Below are positions 1 through 14,454 of a stretch of 64,000 nucleotides of DNA, in pieces. How positions within the stretch are numbered: position 1 is the first letter of the stretch; each line of letters begins with the position of its first letter. The notes under the pieces were generated by a model. It was not told where the DNA came from. It worked only from the letters and a program-made list of their open reading frames with translations, and did not search any database. Both the position numbers and the translations under genes were made by a program. The stretch is from Octopus vulgaris (taxonomy: Eukaryota): assembly GCA_951406725.2 (NCBI GenBank), contig OX597815.1:87234001-87298000 (forward strand). The letters are read 5' to 3'.

Positions 1-950
1 AAAAAAAGTCATCAACCACATTGCCAAAACTTTTATGATTGCAATGTCTGCAGTGAGAACAACATGTGACAATAGAGAGAAAATTAAGTCCAGTGCTCAA
101 GAAGTATTTTCATTAACATGCCAGACCTTATTTTTTCCATAGATCTGATGCAATGCTTAAAATGGGACAGCTCTGGGGTGTGTGAACTGAGAATCTAACT
201 TGAGATAATATACTAATAAGCACATTCATAACTAAAAAAATAAGTTTGTAGGATGATTTACAGAAAAAAGAAAGTAAAATTTCTAATGAAACCTATAGTA
301 TGAGACTTCTGGAAGAAGTTCAACATAATGGATGCTGTGAATAACATAGCTGAGTCATAGAATGAAGTGAAACCATCAGCTATGAATGATGTTTGGAAAA
401 AAATATATGGTCAGACAGTATCCATGATTTTACAGGTTTTCCACAAACAGAAAGTCTATGTAAATTCAGAAAGATTAGGACATTTGAAAATGATATAGTG
501 TCTAAAGACATCATAGAGGATTACATAGTTGAGCTGCTAGGGACTTGTAGAAAAAGTATATCTAATGAGGAGCTGATGTTGTGAGAACAAGAGAAAACTG
601 AGAGCACAGATAAAAATATGGAGGTTTTCTTCAATTCGACTAAAGTGAACTGCTAAGAATATTGCTAAAGGTTTGGCACTTAGAGAGGAAAGTCCGGGAA
701 GCTTTTGCTGACAACAACACTAATCATGAATGCTACATGAATATTAGAAGAGGAGTTTACAATGAGCTCAGTTCCTACACTGAGCTGAACAAATAGATGA
801 TGTATCATAAACATCAAACAATTCTGCACATGAAGTTCTCTGCACATCAAGTAGATGGTGATGATGAACTATAAGATAGATTTTAGTGTCCTTCATCCTT
901 GTATAATTCTCATTCTACTATCACCATTCTTCACATAATAATCAACCTCT
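1..950 (+). mobile_element. Degenerate Tigger/pogo-like transposase fossil (C-terminal part)
   Basis: Around 305-410 it translates DFWKKFNIMDAVNNIAES*NEVKPSAMNDVWKK, typical of the C-terminal part of Tigger-type DDE_1 transposases. Contains stops and frameshifts. Confidence 0.55.
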
Positions 951-1319
951 TTTGTGGTAAGAGTGTAGTCTATTACAATATTATGGTTCTTATTTTTCCC
1001 CAAAGTATTTCTCTTCAAATGTTTTTATGAATAAATATAGTACTTTGTACATTTAGAAATTTCTTTTCATGCATAAAAGTGATCATGAAGTTTTTGTTTT
1101 TTTTTTCGTTTTTTTGCTTCATTTTCTTTTTTTATTCCTTATTCAAAAAACTCCATTGGAACACATTATCACTTTGTAACATAAAAATCAAAAGAGAAAT
1201 TAATTTCATGATACAAGATTTGCAGGAACACATTATCCCCCATAACACTTGGGATTCTTCAACTTTTCTTTTCAATACTCTCCAGTCAATAAAACAAGCA
1301 GCAGCAATATATATATATA

Positions 1320-1500
1320 TCTTTTATCTTTAGGGCACCGCCTTGAAGAATTTTTAGTTGAATGAATCAACCCCAGTACTTATTTTTTGAAGCCTGGTAC
1401 TTATACTATCAGTCTCTTTTGCCAAACCACTAAGTTACAGGGATGTAAACACACCAACACTGGTTGTAAAACATGGGGGGGTGGGGGCAAACAAAGTTGT
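1320..1500 (-). mobile_element. SINE family A fragment (3' part)
   Basis: Reverse-complement similarity to 11160-11330 (aagcctggtacttat...ctaagttacagggatgtaaacacaccaacactggttg). Confidence 0.7.
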
Positions 1501-1974
1501 CTGGAGGCTGTGGTTAAAACCAATAACGATTTTATTGAATAAATTTACTCTATAGTATTTCAAGATATTTTTATGTAATTTTGGTAAATATATATGTTAG
1601 AATGAGATGTCAGTGTCATTTTCATTTTTGCATAATAGAGACAACAGTTTATTCTCCACACCCTGAGTGTGTGTGTGTGTATATATATATAAAATTATCT
1701 AAAATAATAATTGATACCATTCGCCAGCATGTGTAAAAAATTGTCCATTGACCATAAAACATCTTTATATATTGTGTCACTTGTTTTATTGACTACAAAG
1801 GATTGAAAAGAGAGGTTGCATAAATTTGATCTTAGGATCATACAGAGATAACACTAAATGTCATTAAACATTCAGTCCAATAATTTACCACCTCAATGAC
1901 CATCACTTCTAAGATTTCTTTCATTCACACAAGTCTTCTAATTGACAATGATTGACTGAATCAACCATAGTATA

Positions 1975-2145
1975 TATGATCATTTAATGTCCACCTTCTA
2001 TAGGTAGGATGGTTTGACAAGAACCAGGCAAGCAGAAGCCTGCACCAGACTTCTGTAACTGTTTTGGCAGGATTTTTACAGCTGGATGCCCTTCCTAATA
2101 CCAACCACTCAGCAGAGTGGACTTAATGCCTTTTACGTAGCACAA
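1975..2145 (-). mobile_element. SINE family C (RTE-like tail) fragment
   Basis: Reverse-complement similarity to 59800-59968 (acagctggatgcccttcctaataccaaccactc). Confidence 0.7.
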
Positions 2146-2159
2146 GCAAGCACAGGCAA

Positions 2160-2214
2160 GAAATGCTGCCATGCATTTTTTCCAATACACCAACAATTTT
2201 GCCAACTCACTGCC

Positions 2215-2292
<78 letters not shown>

Positions 2293-3095
2293 CCCTTTCT
2301 ACAATAGGCACAAGACCATGAAAATGTTTTGGGGAAAGGGACTAGTTGGTTACATCAACCCCGAAAGGATGAAAGGCAAGGCAAAGTCAACCTTGGTGGA
2401 ATTTGAACTAAGAATGTAAGGACAAATGAATAATAATAATAATCCTTTCTACTAGAGGCATAAGGCCTCAAATTTGGAGGGAGGGGACTAGTCGATTACA
2501 ATGTTCAACTGGTTCTTATTTTATCAACCCCCAAAAGAATAAAAGGCAAAGTCAGCCTCAGTAGAATTTGAATGTAAACACAGACAAAATGCCACTAAGC
2601 ATTTTGCCTGGAATGCTAACAATTCTGCCAGCTCACCACCTCAATAATAATAATAATAATAATAATAATAGTTTAGGTACAAAGCCAACAATTTTGAGGG
2701 GAGCATGTCAGATGATACTATCAACTCAAATACTTGACTAGTATTTTCTTTTATTGAAACTGTTAGGAAAGTTACATTCTCAGTTCAAATTCACAGCAAG
2801 AATTGAAGTTAGAATCTAAAGCAATGAAAGGAATACTGCAAAGCAATTTTTTTTCCAGCACTAATGATTCAGCCAGGTTTCTTACACTGTCACAAGGCAT
2901 GAGTAAAGAGGCAATGAATCAATTCCCATTATGATATTAGCTGACCCTAGAGGGATATAAGGAAAAGTCAACTCCTGCATTGTTTCAACTGTGCATTTAA
3001 TCATGCACACTCATTTTTCAACACACTTTAATAATTTTTTCAATTAATTAATTATTTAAAATAATAATAATGATAATAATAATAATAATCATCAT

Positions 3096-3137
<42 letters not shown>

Positions 3138-3363
3138 CCTTTCTACTATGGGCACAAGGCCTGAAATTTGGGTGGAGTGGGGCCAGTCAATTACATCTAC
3201 CCCAGTGCTCAACTGGTACTTATTTCATCAACCCTGAAAGGATGAAAGGTAAAGTTGACCTTGGCAGAATTTGAACTCAGAACATAAAGATGAGTGAAAT
3301 ACTGCTAAGCATTTTGCCCAACGTGCCAATGATTCTGCCAGCTTACCGTCTTAATAATAGAAA

Positions 3364-3410
<47 letters not shown>

Positions 3411-3656
3411 ACAATAATAATAATAATAATGGTTTCAAATTTTGCCACAAGGGCAGCAATTTGTGGGGAGGGGTAACTCAATTACATCAACCTCAGTGCT
3501 CCACAGATACTTATTTTATCAATCCCCAAAAAGATGAAAAGTAAAGTTGATCCCAGTCACAGGTAAACTCAGAATGTAAAGATGGGCAAAATTCCACTAA
3601 GCTTTTTGCCCATCGTGCTAACAATTCTGCCAACTCACTGCCTTTATTATTATTAT

Positions 3657-3697
<41 letters not shown>

Positions 3698-3810
3698 TGA
3701 ATTCTAATACTGACATAATGTCACAAATTGGGGGAGGAGGGGGATGTAGTCAATAAAATCATTCCTAGTACTTCATAGGTAATTTTTTTTAGACAACCCA
3801 CCCACGAAGA
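2160..3810 (-). mobile_element. Head-to-tail cluster of family B SINEs separated by (AAT)n/(AGT)n microsatellites
   Basis: Repeated unit cctttctacta.aggcacaaggcc...aaaggcaaagtcaacct.ggtggaatttgaactcagaa...gctaacaattctgccagctcacc at about 2290, 2441, 2672, 3135, 3430 and 3695. Confidence 0.8.
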
Positions 3811-4582
3811 TGAAAATATAAATAATTTTTAAAAAGTTAATCAAGATATTATTACTCCTTAAGAATAATGATTTATTGCAAAATTCATTCCATTTGTGCA
3901 ACACCACTGTCAAACAAAATTCTATGGCTTTACATAGTCTCTCAGAATAATTTTATGCAAAAGCCATTTATCATCTTGCAGTGAATTATGTCAGTCAATA
4001 AATAGCTTATCACCCGTAATATATTTTCAACTGATTAGTGAACATATCTAGAATAGACATACAGCTATGAAAGTACCAAATAGAAAGGAAAAATTAGTGG
4101 CCCTCAACCTGTTGAGCCATAATATTTACATCTGAAGGGGTGGTGATGTTAGGAAGAGGCTGGGGCTGCCATATCAGCAGATCGAAGAACTACGTAGAAG
4201 TTTCTTCACTCTCAATAAGTATTTACACTGGGTTAATGAGACCAATATATATATATATTCAACTTGATGAAAATTAATTCAAATTCATTAATTCAAAAAT
4301 AAACCTTTTTTTTTTCTTAATTCCCACCATTATTATGAAATGAAAACCAGCAGTTTTAAAGTGTTCAGATTTTAAATAAATGAGACAAAAATTTTCTACC
4401 ATCATAATTTTATGGAAGAACCTTTTCTTCAGATAATTTACAAGAACTGCTTCCATAATGATGAAAAAGTTGGTTATTTTAATAAATTCTCCCATATTTT
4501 CTGATTAATTTCAAAATTAATTACAACAAACAGGCAGTGAATTTCATCAAAAACATAATCCCAGAAAATGTTTTAAACAATT

Positions 4583-5852
<1,270 letters not shown>

Positions 5853-6429
5853 TAGACAAAAATTAACCAAATATAATTAAAAGTTAATTAAATGAATAAA
5901 AATACTTATGTTAAATGATAAATTGATTTGATGTATTAAAGTTTATAAATATTTTTCTTTCCATAGTGTAGATCATTATAATTAACAAAATCTTGCCTTT
6001 ATATTTAAGAATAAAATAATATTCTACCACTAATTTTACTCCACATTTCATTGTTATTATCATTAAAAAAAATGATGATGATGATGATTATGATAAATAA
6101 AGTGCCATATTAAATGCTTTATGGTATTTTATTATGCCACTTCACATTGCATTCAAATCCCACTAGTGATGTGACTCTACAGGAATTCAATAAATTATAT
6201 TCCTTACAAATTTGTAACCTTGTACCAAAGCTGGAAAGTAGTAATATATTTGTAGAATGGGGTGGCAGAAATAGTACAGCTCTGGACAAACTGCTTTACA
6301 GTATTTAGTTCCATCCCAAGATTGACCTTGCCTATTATTCCGCTGGTTTAAGAAAAATACAAGGCAAGAACCAATATCAATTCAGTCAACTATATTCTAC
6401 TTCCTTCTCTATATTTACAAATATGATAT

Positions 6430-6640
6430 TAATAATAAATTCTTACACTGAGACAAGACCACAAATTTTGAGAGAAGGCAGAATGAGTTTAATTGATTCC
6501 ATGAGCCCATCACTTGTCTGATATATATTTTAGTAAACCGGAAAGGATTACTAGCAAAGTTAGCCCTGAAGTGTAAAGAGAGGAAACTAAATATGGCAAA
6601 GCATTTTGTTCGGCTCCCTACCAATTCTGTCAACCTTTAC
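6430..6640 (-). mobile_element. Degenerate family B SINE
   Basis: acaagaccacaaattttgag...gcaaagttagccct...gcattttg...ccaattctgtcaac resembles the 2441-2641 copy. Confidence 0.5.
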
Positions 6641-6649
6641 AACAATAAC

Positions 6650-6892
6650 AATAATGAGTCATTGAGGAATCCACAGTGTGGTCACTTGGCTAATAGAAAC
6701 AGCAGCCAAGTTTCTCTTAGAAACACCCTACAATCCCAAACAATATAAACAAATGAAAAGGGCATGTTAAATAATGTAGGTCTAGATAGACAATGCCTGA
6801 AATAAAAAAAAACAGAATGTCACAACTGGATCGTCCTCAATCATAAGTCTGTGTGATAACAGATATATTTAACAGAGTTAAATAACAACAGT
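6650..6892 (+). mobile_element. Dispersed short repeat family D (SINE-like, AAC tail)
   Basis: Similar copies at about 9460-9655, 9865-10010, 33410-33575, 38350-38540 and 61860-62020 (aaaaggacacat...gatagtcatgg.tggaatgcctttgatca.agg...ggggctaaacaacaac). Confidence 0.55.
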
Positions 6893-7395
6893 ATTGTATT
6901 ATTTAATAATGATGATGATGATGATAATTCAAGGGTCAACAAAATTAGTACCAGTTATAGAGTGAAATCAATTCAATTGGTTACATCGTTTCCCTTCAAT
7001 TACTGGTCCAACATAGTCAGAAGAAATTATCAACAAAAACTTTTTCTTCAGCAACAAACCCTTTCTAAAGTACCAAATTCTAGCAAAAGTACATTATTGA
7101 TATTTAGCAAACTTTAGTTAGAATGAAAGGTACAGTAAGACTAACTCAAAATAATAAGACACTTTACAACATACTAGACATTTAGTCTAGTGACCTATTC
7201 ACTGTGCCAATCCTGCTACCCCTAATGACAACAATGATGGTGTTTCATGTTATGATGACAATTGTAATGTCAGTGATGATGATGATGAATGGAAATGTGG
7301 TAATTATGAAGATGGTGAAGATGATGGTTATGTTGGTGATAAAGATGCAAAATGGAGAAGCATTCACGAAAGAATCAATTATGAAAAGAACTCAC

Positions 7396-8096
7396 CCAAA
7401 GAGATACATGTTACAGTAAGTATCTAGAATGAATGTAACCGTAGGAGAAACAACTTGCTTTATGTCATTGGATGCGCAGTTAATGACACTGTCTGAGCCG
7501 TCCAGTGAAGAATTGATGCACTGACTGCCGTCCAACTTGGATTCCAGGTACTTTATAATCCGGGTAAGCTCCTCTTCGGACACAGAGAAAGTGTTGTAAC
7601 TATCCCGGTCTGGGTTCTCCTTCCACAGTTCACTGCTGACATCATCGATAAATGACAACCTACTCAGGCTGCGTGTCACACTGTGGCCAGCCGTACTGTA
7701 CGACTCACATGACGAGACAGAGCACCGCTTCGTCTGCCATCGCAGCAAGTTGATCTTCGATTCCAATGACAGCGGGTGGAAAGGATGCGGGGAGGAGGAA
7801 GACGAAGAAGAGGACGAGAGTGGCACCTCTTCATTGACATTGCTCATTTCCACATAGACCCAGCTGGAACGTACTGTGGAACCATCTGCCTCCGATAGAT
7901 CCCGCATCCCCATGGACAAACAGCTACTGCTGCTGACACTTTCACCACCACTGCTGCTGCCACTGCTGGCACCACTGCTGCTACTACAGATGCTATGGTT
8001 CTTATAGTTGGTCCTCTGGAAAGCAGTGGAACTTCGACGCAAAAGCGTTGAAGACGTGGTCGACGTTCTGGAAGCCACAAGGATACCAAGCGCCAT
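7396..8096 (-). CDS. Candidate alternative first coding exon (or cassette exon) of SLK, Ser-rich, 233 codons
   Basis: Non-repetitive ORF from ATG 8096 (MALGILVASRT...) ending TTT GG|gtgagt, a consensus phase-2 donor, the same phase as the 34434 donor. CpG-rich. In-frame TAG upstream at 8139-8141. A possible phase-2 acceptor (ctcag|T) lies at 8112. Confidence 0.65.
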
Positions 8097-8689
8097 CAAA
8101 GAAGAGTTATAACTGAGGTTAGAACCCCAGTGAAAAGACTATCAATATCATAAACAGAACTGGCAGGCAAATGGTTTTATGGTAAACTCCTATCAGCTTT
8201 GCTCTCTCTGACAGTTGTTTCTTGTAGAACAGCTTCATGAGACAGTCCTTAAGTATTTATGATGAGAAAACATCAGCATACTGATACATATAGAAAATTT
8301 TAGCAGGTAAAAGGAGGGTCAATCAGTTCTAGTAGCTGGACTATATTTTGCCAAAATCAAAACGCATGTTATATGTTATCCTTCAATTACCAGTGGCATT
8401 GCAAGCTGAAGAATATCGAAAAATGCTAGTCGGAGTTCCAAGTAGCAAGCAACCAGCCAACAAAGCCAGCCAGCCAGCCAGGCAAGCTATTCACCGGTTC
8501 GATTAGACGAGTCTCTCAAGAAATACTTCCACATCAGTCCATCGTCTGAGCAATGACACCAGATGAATGTATAGAACTGATGAGAGGCAGGCGAGACAAA
8601 AATGACGATACACAGGAGAAAAGGAAAGCGAAACAAAGCAAGTCAGTTCAAGGCAAAGTATTGATCTGTAGCAGCAGTGGGAGACGATT

Positions 8690-9130
8690 TCATGATGGCA
8701 TCTCCGTTCTTATCTGAGAGAAAAGAGGAAGTTCAGTAGCAGCAGCAGCAGCACCAATGGTAGCAGCAGCAACAGTAGCAGCAGCAGCAGTTGCCAAGGA
8801 GAGAGAAAGGGGGTGCAAAGAGAGACGAAGAAAACGGAGAGAGGGCGAGAGAGAAAAGAAGAGAGGAGAGAGAGAGAAAGAGAGGAGAGAGAAAGAGAGG
8901 AGAGAGAAAGGGAGGGAGGGAGAGCAAAGAAAGAGAGAGAAAAGAAGAAAGGAAGAAAAAAGGGAAGGAGACAAATTTTTATATCTCATTCAACCTTTCT
9001 TATTTAGTGTATTACTTGGAAATTGGGAGAAAGATTGAGTGATACAAGGCAACATGACAGCTTTGACAGCCAATAAGTTGGTGTCTTTCACAGTCTCCAC
9101 TGTCCTTCAGTTGACAACCCAGCCTACACC
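8690..9130 (-). promoter_or_regulatory. Putative internal promoter / 5' UTR upstream of the 7396-8096 exon
   Basis: (GCT)n and CT-rich tracts (8737-8970), plus tandem TGACAG sites next to CCAAT (atgacagctttgacagccaat, about 9054-9074), resembling a TALE + NF-Y composite. CpGs are retained locally. Confidence 0.4.
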
Positions 9131-10958
9131 ACTCCACACAAACACAAATACCCCACACATACACACATCAGTCTGCAGCCTCATCTTCCAAGTAAACTAC
9201 ATTTATTGATAAACCGAAAATGAAGCAATAACTTCCTATCACAAGCTGTTAATGATGATAATACAGGACTCAGTCCAGCATTCAACAAGCAATTTCACGG
9301 GCAACCACGGTACTATTAATGTTAGAAGTGTGGTGGAGCAAGAGATTAATTAGTCACTAATGAAGTGTACAAACATTCTTCACCACTCATCCACCAACCA
9401 ACCACGCAGTCGCCTGTTAGCATCACCACCATCCACACCAACAACATAACTATCAAGCTTTTATGTGGTTTCTTGACCTGCTAGAAATAGTAGCCATGTA
9501 TCCATTACACAAACACTACTGTTTACAAACAAGAAGGACAAACCAATAGATGTAGAGCTAGATACACAATGTTTGGATAGTCATGGTGGGGATGCCTTTG
9601 ATCGAAGGTCAGTTAAATCAGGGATTAATTGGGACTAAACAATAATATAACATTAACAATCATTATTTACAATAATCACGGCTGTTAATACATTTATCAA
9701 TATCTAGCAGGTACAAACACCACAATCGCCAACCAGACCACTGCCACTAATCAATCACCAAGGTAGTAACACTACCACCCACAACTGTCGCCAAACGACA
9801 ACTACCACTACTACTACCACACCACCACCACTACTACTACTACAAACCACTACTATCACAAACATTTCTCAAATCACACTCTGCCATCTTAGAAAAGGAC
9901 ACATTGTATATTGTGATCATGAGTGCACTATATCTATGGAGTGGTCAAAGTAGGAATGCCTTTGATCACAGGTATGCACAATCAAGGCAGCCCTGGGATT
10001 AAACAAAATATAAAAACAAAAAAAAACAAAAAAAACAACACAGTACAATACCACACCAGTACATGTTACCCCCCACAACACTTCTACCACCCACACAAAC
10101 AGACACCAAACTAATACTACTGCAAACACCGATGCAACGGCAGCTTCACACCATGCAAGCAATATCACCACCAGCAATAGCACCTACCCCCAATACAGCT
10201 GTGATTGTCTACTACCACCACCAGCACCATCATAAGAAGCCCCATTATTGCTTCCAGCAAACACCCACTCATCTCCTACCGCTATCACCAGCCACTTCAC
10301 TATGTCTGAACCCCTGCTGGATTAGTGATAATTACTTCCTTACTCAGCTACTTTTTCACACCAATCGTTTATGGCCAATAATTTTTAAGAAAGAACGAAC
10401 GAAAGAGGAGGTGCATTTCAATACTGACGTTGCGCTTCTTGTTGTCATCATCATTACTCATTTTTCTTTAATTGCAATCATTTTTGTTTTATACGTGTAT
10501 AAAAAAAAATACAATTTAGATCCATCTCACACACACATGCAGCCACACATGTAAGCAAACGTATGTGTATATATCTATAATAATCAAAAAAACATACGTA
10601 CACATGTGTGTGAGTGTGCATGAGTAAATGTTATAATATCTATATACACATAAGTATGCATGCATATATATATATATGCATATGCTAATACATATATGTG
10701 TACATATTTAATATCTGTACAGACATATGTATAACATTTATATGTGCATGTGTATGTGCACATATCTAAAAATAAATGCATGTGTATGCTTGTTTCAGCC
10801 AGAGATTATGGCCATGCTTGGGCAACACCACTGATCTGATTGTTGGTTTATTTCATTTCATTGAAGGAGAGTTAGACAATGCTACCCACATTTGCATTTC
10901 TTGCTATGAAGTGGGTCCGTCTGGTATCTCACAGAAAAATTTAAGTGTATTTTGAACA

Positions 10959-11113
10959 GGAGTGGCTGTGTGGTAAGTAGTTTGCTTACCAACCACATAG
11001 TTCCAGGTTCAGTCCCACTGTGTGGCACTTTGGGCAAGTGTCTTCTACTGTAGACTCGGGCCAACCAAAGCCTTGTGAGTGGATTTGGCAGGTGGAAACT
11101 GAAAGAAGCCCAT

Positions 11114-11152
<39 letters not shown>

Positions 11153-11351
11153 GTATGTTTGTGTTTGTCCCCCCAACATCACTTGACAACCAATGCTGGT
11201 GTGTTTACTATCAACGTAACTTAGCAGTTCAGCAAAAGTGACCAATATGATAAGTACTAGGCTTACAAAGAATAAGTCCTGGGTCGATTTGTTTGACTAA
11301 TGGCAATGCTCCAGCATGGCCAAAGTCAAATGACTGAAATAAATAAAAGAA
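10959..11351 (+). mobile_element. Full-length tRNA-derived SINE, family A
   Basis: Pol III-like A box tggctgtgtgg and B box ggttcagtccc, an internal (TA)n tract and an A-rich tail. Several other copies occur in the window. Confidence 0.85.
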
Positions 11352-11379
11352 TATCCACATCTATACCTCATAAATTTCT

Positions 11380-13130
11380 GATTTTTTTGACAAAATTTTG
11401 AAGAACTATGTACTCATACAGTATACCAGTTTGCACCAGATAGACCAATACAGAATTTCTACGTATCAAACAAGGTCATTCACCGGAAAGGATTAACATC
11501 CTACTTACTAGAACTATGAATATTTGCTAGGTTAACTTTAAGCCCTTTTGAGTCAAGGTTTTGCTTTCACACCTGAAATTTCTTTTCTAATTTTACAACA
11601 GATTTAGTTATAAGAACAAGGTCATCAGTATGAGGGAGTTCCCAACTCTCCTGTTAGGGCATGAGAACCGAGCTCTGGTGAATTCATACCTACACACTAA
11701 ATCTATTGCTGAACTTGTTGCTAATTGTCACCTTACTGACAACACTTCTGTAATGGCTTGCACAGATCTCACTAGCCATTCGTCAACTCCCATCTTCCAT
11801 TAGAGACCACCGGATCACAGAACAAGGAAACTTGTCAAGGACTTTCCCGGGTTGATGAATATCAAGTGTAGTGATTTCATTTTCGCTAAATACTGCAGAT
11901 GTCTCACAAGAAAAGAGCACCAGTAGTACTCCTTCCTAGTGCAAAACCAAACCGCAGCTAGTCTAACCTAACTTTTTTTCCTAATTAATTGAGCTATAAC
12001 TCTTTCTGTAACTTTCATGATCTGATCCAGCAATTTTATGTATCTAATTATCATTTATCTAATTATTACCCTTGCAATCATTGACTATGGTGCTCTACAC
12101 CAGTTGTTAAATATGATACCTTCCTGTACATATCCCATATCCCACTTCAGTTATTTTAAGCAGCTCAGCAGTAATTTGTGATTGAACAGGGATTTTCCCT
12201 GTCTTTATGTCCTTAATTGCTTCAACTATCATACTGTTGTCAACTAGAATGGACAATGTCCTCAATTCACATTAAGTAGACTCTCTTTCTTCTCTGCGTT
12301 CTCCATATAAGTAGCTCTTCATACCAGCACTTCTATATCTCTTTCTTTACAGAATCATTAACAGCCAGTGTGTCATTATCCATCCATACACACTTTTCTC
12401 TCACAACATCTTGATTTTCACTGATACACTGTCTTGCAATTTGGAACACCTCCAACAAGTGGACCTGACACCATAGAACAGTCCTAAACCTCTTCCTTTC
12501 TGCTTCTCCACATACTGAATAGACCTGTCTCCTAGCTTCTCTTCTATATTTTCTGCTATCCTCATTCTTCCAATCCTTCCAAGCCTGTCTCTTTACTCTT
12601 ATGGCTCAAGTCTACTTCACTGTTCCACTACTAAGTCACTTTTGGTTTGGTTGGAATTTTTCATCAGCAACAGATTTGGTCTCTAAGTTATCCCATAAGA
12701 ACTTCTAGTTGTCTGCTATGTTATATGCCTCTAGCACTTCCTCCAAGTCAAATGCTTCAATTAGAATGTTTCTAAATCTGATTTCATTGCATCTTTAAGT
12801 TTCCATATCTTCTCTTTTCATTTGGTTTGCGTCTGAGTTCTTCTAGTTCTAAATTTGAAGTCACTTACCACTAACTGAATTTAGGTTGTACATTCTTCAC
12901 CTGGAAAAAAACTTTACATTCACAAGTATCTGCCTAACCTATTTTCTGGTAAAATGTAGTCAATATGGATTATGTACCCACCAGATTGATGAGTGATCAG
13001 GTGATTGGTAAGTTTCTTGAAATTAGTGTGGTAGATCAATAAGTCATCACAGAACTTCACCTACCATGTTCCCTCCTCATTTCAAGGACCAAATCCATAA
13101 TCTCTGTGTATACCATGAAATCCATTGGAG
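11380..13130 (-). mobile_element. Degenerate RTE-like LINE (APE endonuclease and RT remnants)
   Basis: Minus-strand translations include IDYIL (about 12950-12970), KMGVDEWLVRSVQA (about 11755-11800) and ELPHTDDLVLI (YADD-like, about 11610-11645). Many frameshifts. Confidence 0.75.
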
Positions 13131-13144
13131 CGTTACTCAACATG

Positions 13145-13435
13145 ATTGATGCCAGTGCCACCTAAATGGTTCCCATGCTGGTAGCATGTAAAAAGCACCA
13201 TTTAAGAGTGGTCAATGCCAGTGCCACCTGACTGCCCCCACCCAACCCCGTATCGGTGGCACATAAAAAGCACCCACTACACTCTTGGAGTGGTTGGCAT
13301 TAGGAAGAGCATCCAGCTGTAGAAACCTTGCCAGATAAGATTGGAGCCTGGTGCAGCCTCCTGGCTTGCCAGTCCTCAGTCAAACCATCCAACCCATGCC
13401 AGCATGGAAAGCAGATGTTAAAGGAGGAGGATGAC
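13145..13435 (+). mobile_element. SINE family C
   Basis: gatgccagtgcc units, then aaaagcacccactacactcttggagtggttggcattaggaag...ccaacccatgccagcatggaaagcagatgttaa. Confidence 0.8.
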
Positions 13436-14454
13436 ATATTTATACATACACATCTGTGCATATGCACACACACATGTGGAAGTCAACTCATGACTGAGTA
13501 AGAGGATCTCCTAAACTCAATAATTCTATGCAAAGATTCCAAGAATCCAGAAAGTCTCTATCCATGAATTTGTTTTACAGCAGTGAACCCACTTTTCAGC
13601 ACAATCAGCTATAAAACCAGTAAACCAGTGGTGCAAAACAGAGGTTGAAACCACCAGAAACCAACTGCACTCCAGGCTTTTTGATACAAGTTTACAATCT
13701 CATAGAAGGAAATTCTCATGTGAACTAAGAGCCCTTCAATCTCAGTATTTCATATGCTAGTTAACCCATAGCTGGGACCATAACAGGTGCTACTAATCTG
13801 GGTCAGAGTAAACCTAAGAACAATAGTGGTTAAGAAGTGGTTCCACATTCCTCAAAACCCTGGAGTTTTTGTACCAGAGTCTCACAACCAGATGCAGTTT
13901 AAAGTCATATCTACACACATACACATATATGCACACACACACACACACAGTTAACTGTAGGAATGATTATGAAATTCATAAAAAGTAAGAAAATCCAAGT
14001 GGTGTGGTGGCCAGCACAATCCTTAAATAGAATGCTTATGGAAATGGGTCAACATGAATATTCAACAAAAAAGATCCAGGAAATTGAGCGACTTGCAGGA
14101 TTCTATCACAAAAAAAGAATGAGAAGAAATTCCAGATAATGTGATCCACAATCAATGCATTGTGAATGCATTTCTATTTTGAAAAATTTCACAAACCTAC
14201 CTAAGTATTAGCATAATATGATTTTATTCTTCTCCATCTATAATGCATGCATTCTATTTTCTCAAAGAGAAGCTATATGCTTTAAATATTCTTACTGTAA
14301 ATAACATTCACTTTTCGTTTTTTTTTTTTTTCGTGAACTTATTGATGCTGTCAATAAATCCAGTTGGCAAATTTTTTATTTTCATGTTTAATTCTACATC
14401 ATTTACAAAGGTAAAAGAATATTTGTCTATATATGTGTGTGCGTGTGTGCATGT

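Noticed and set aside
8690-9042. Overlapping ORFs with poly-A/C and R/E/K runs
   Set aside because: Products of (GCA)n and GA-rich low-complexity sequence. At most a uORF in the putative 5' UTR.
10959-11030. tRNA-like sequence with A and B boxes
   Set aside because: It is the head of a multi-copy SINE, and no complete cloverleaf was evident.
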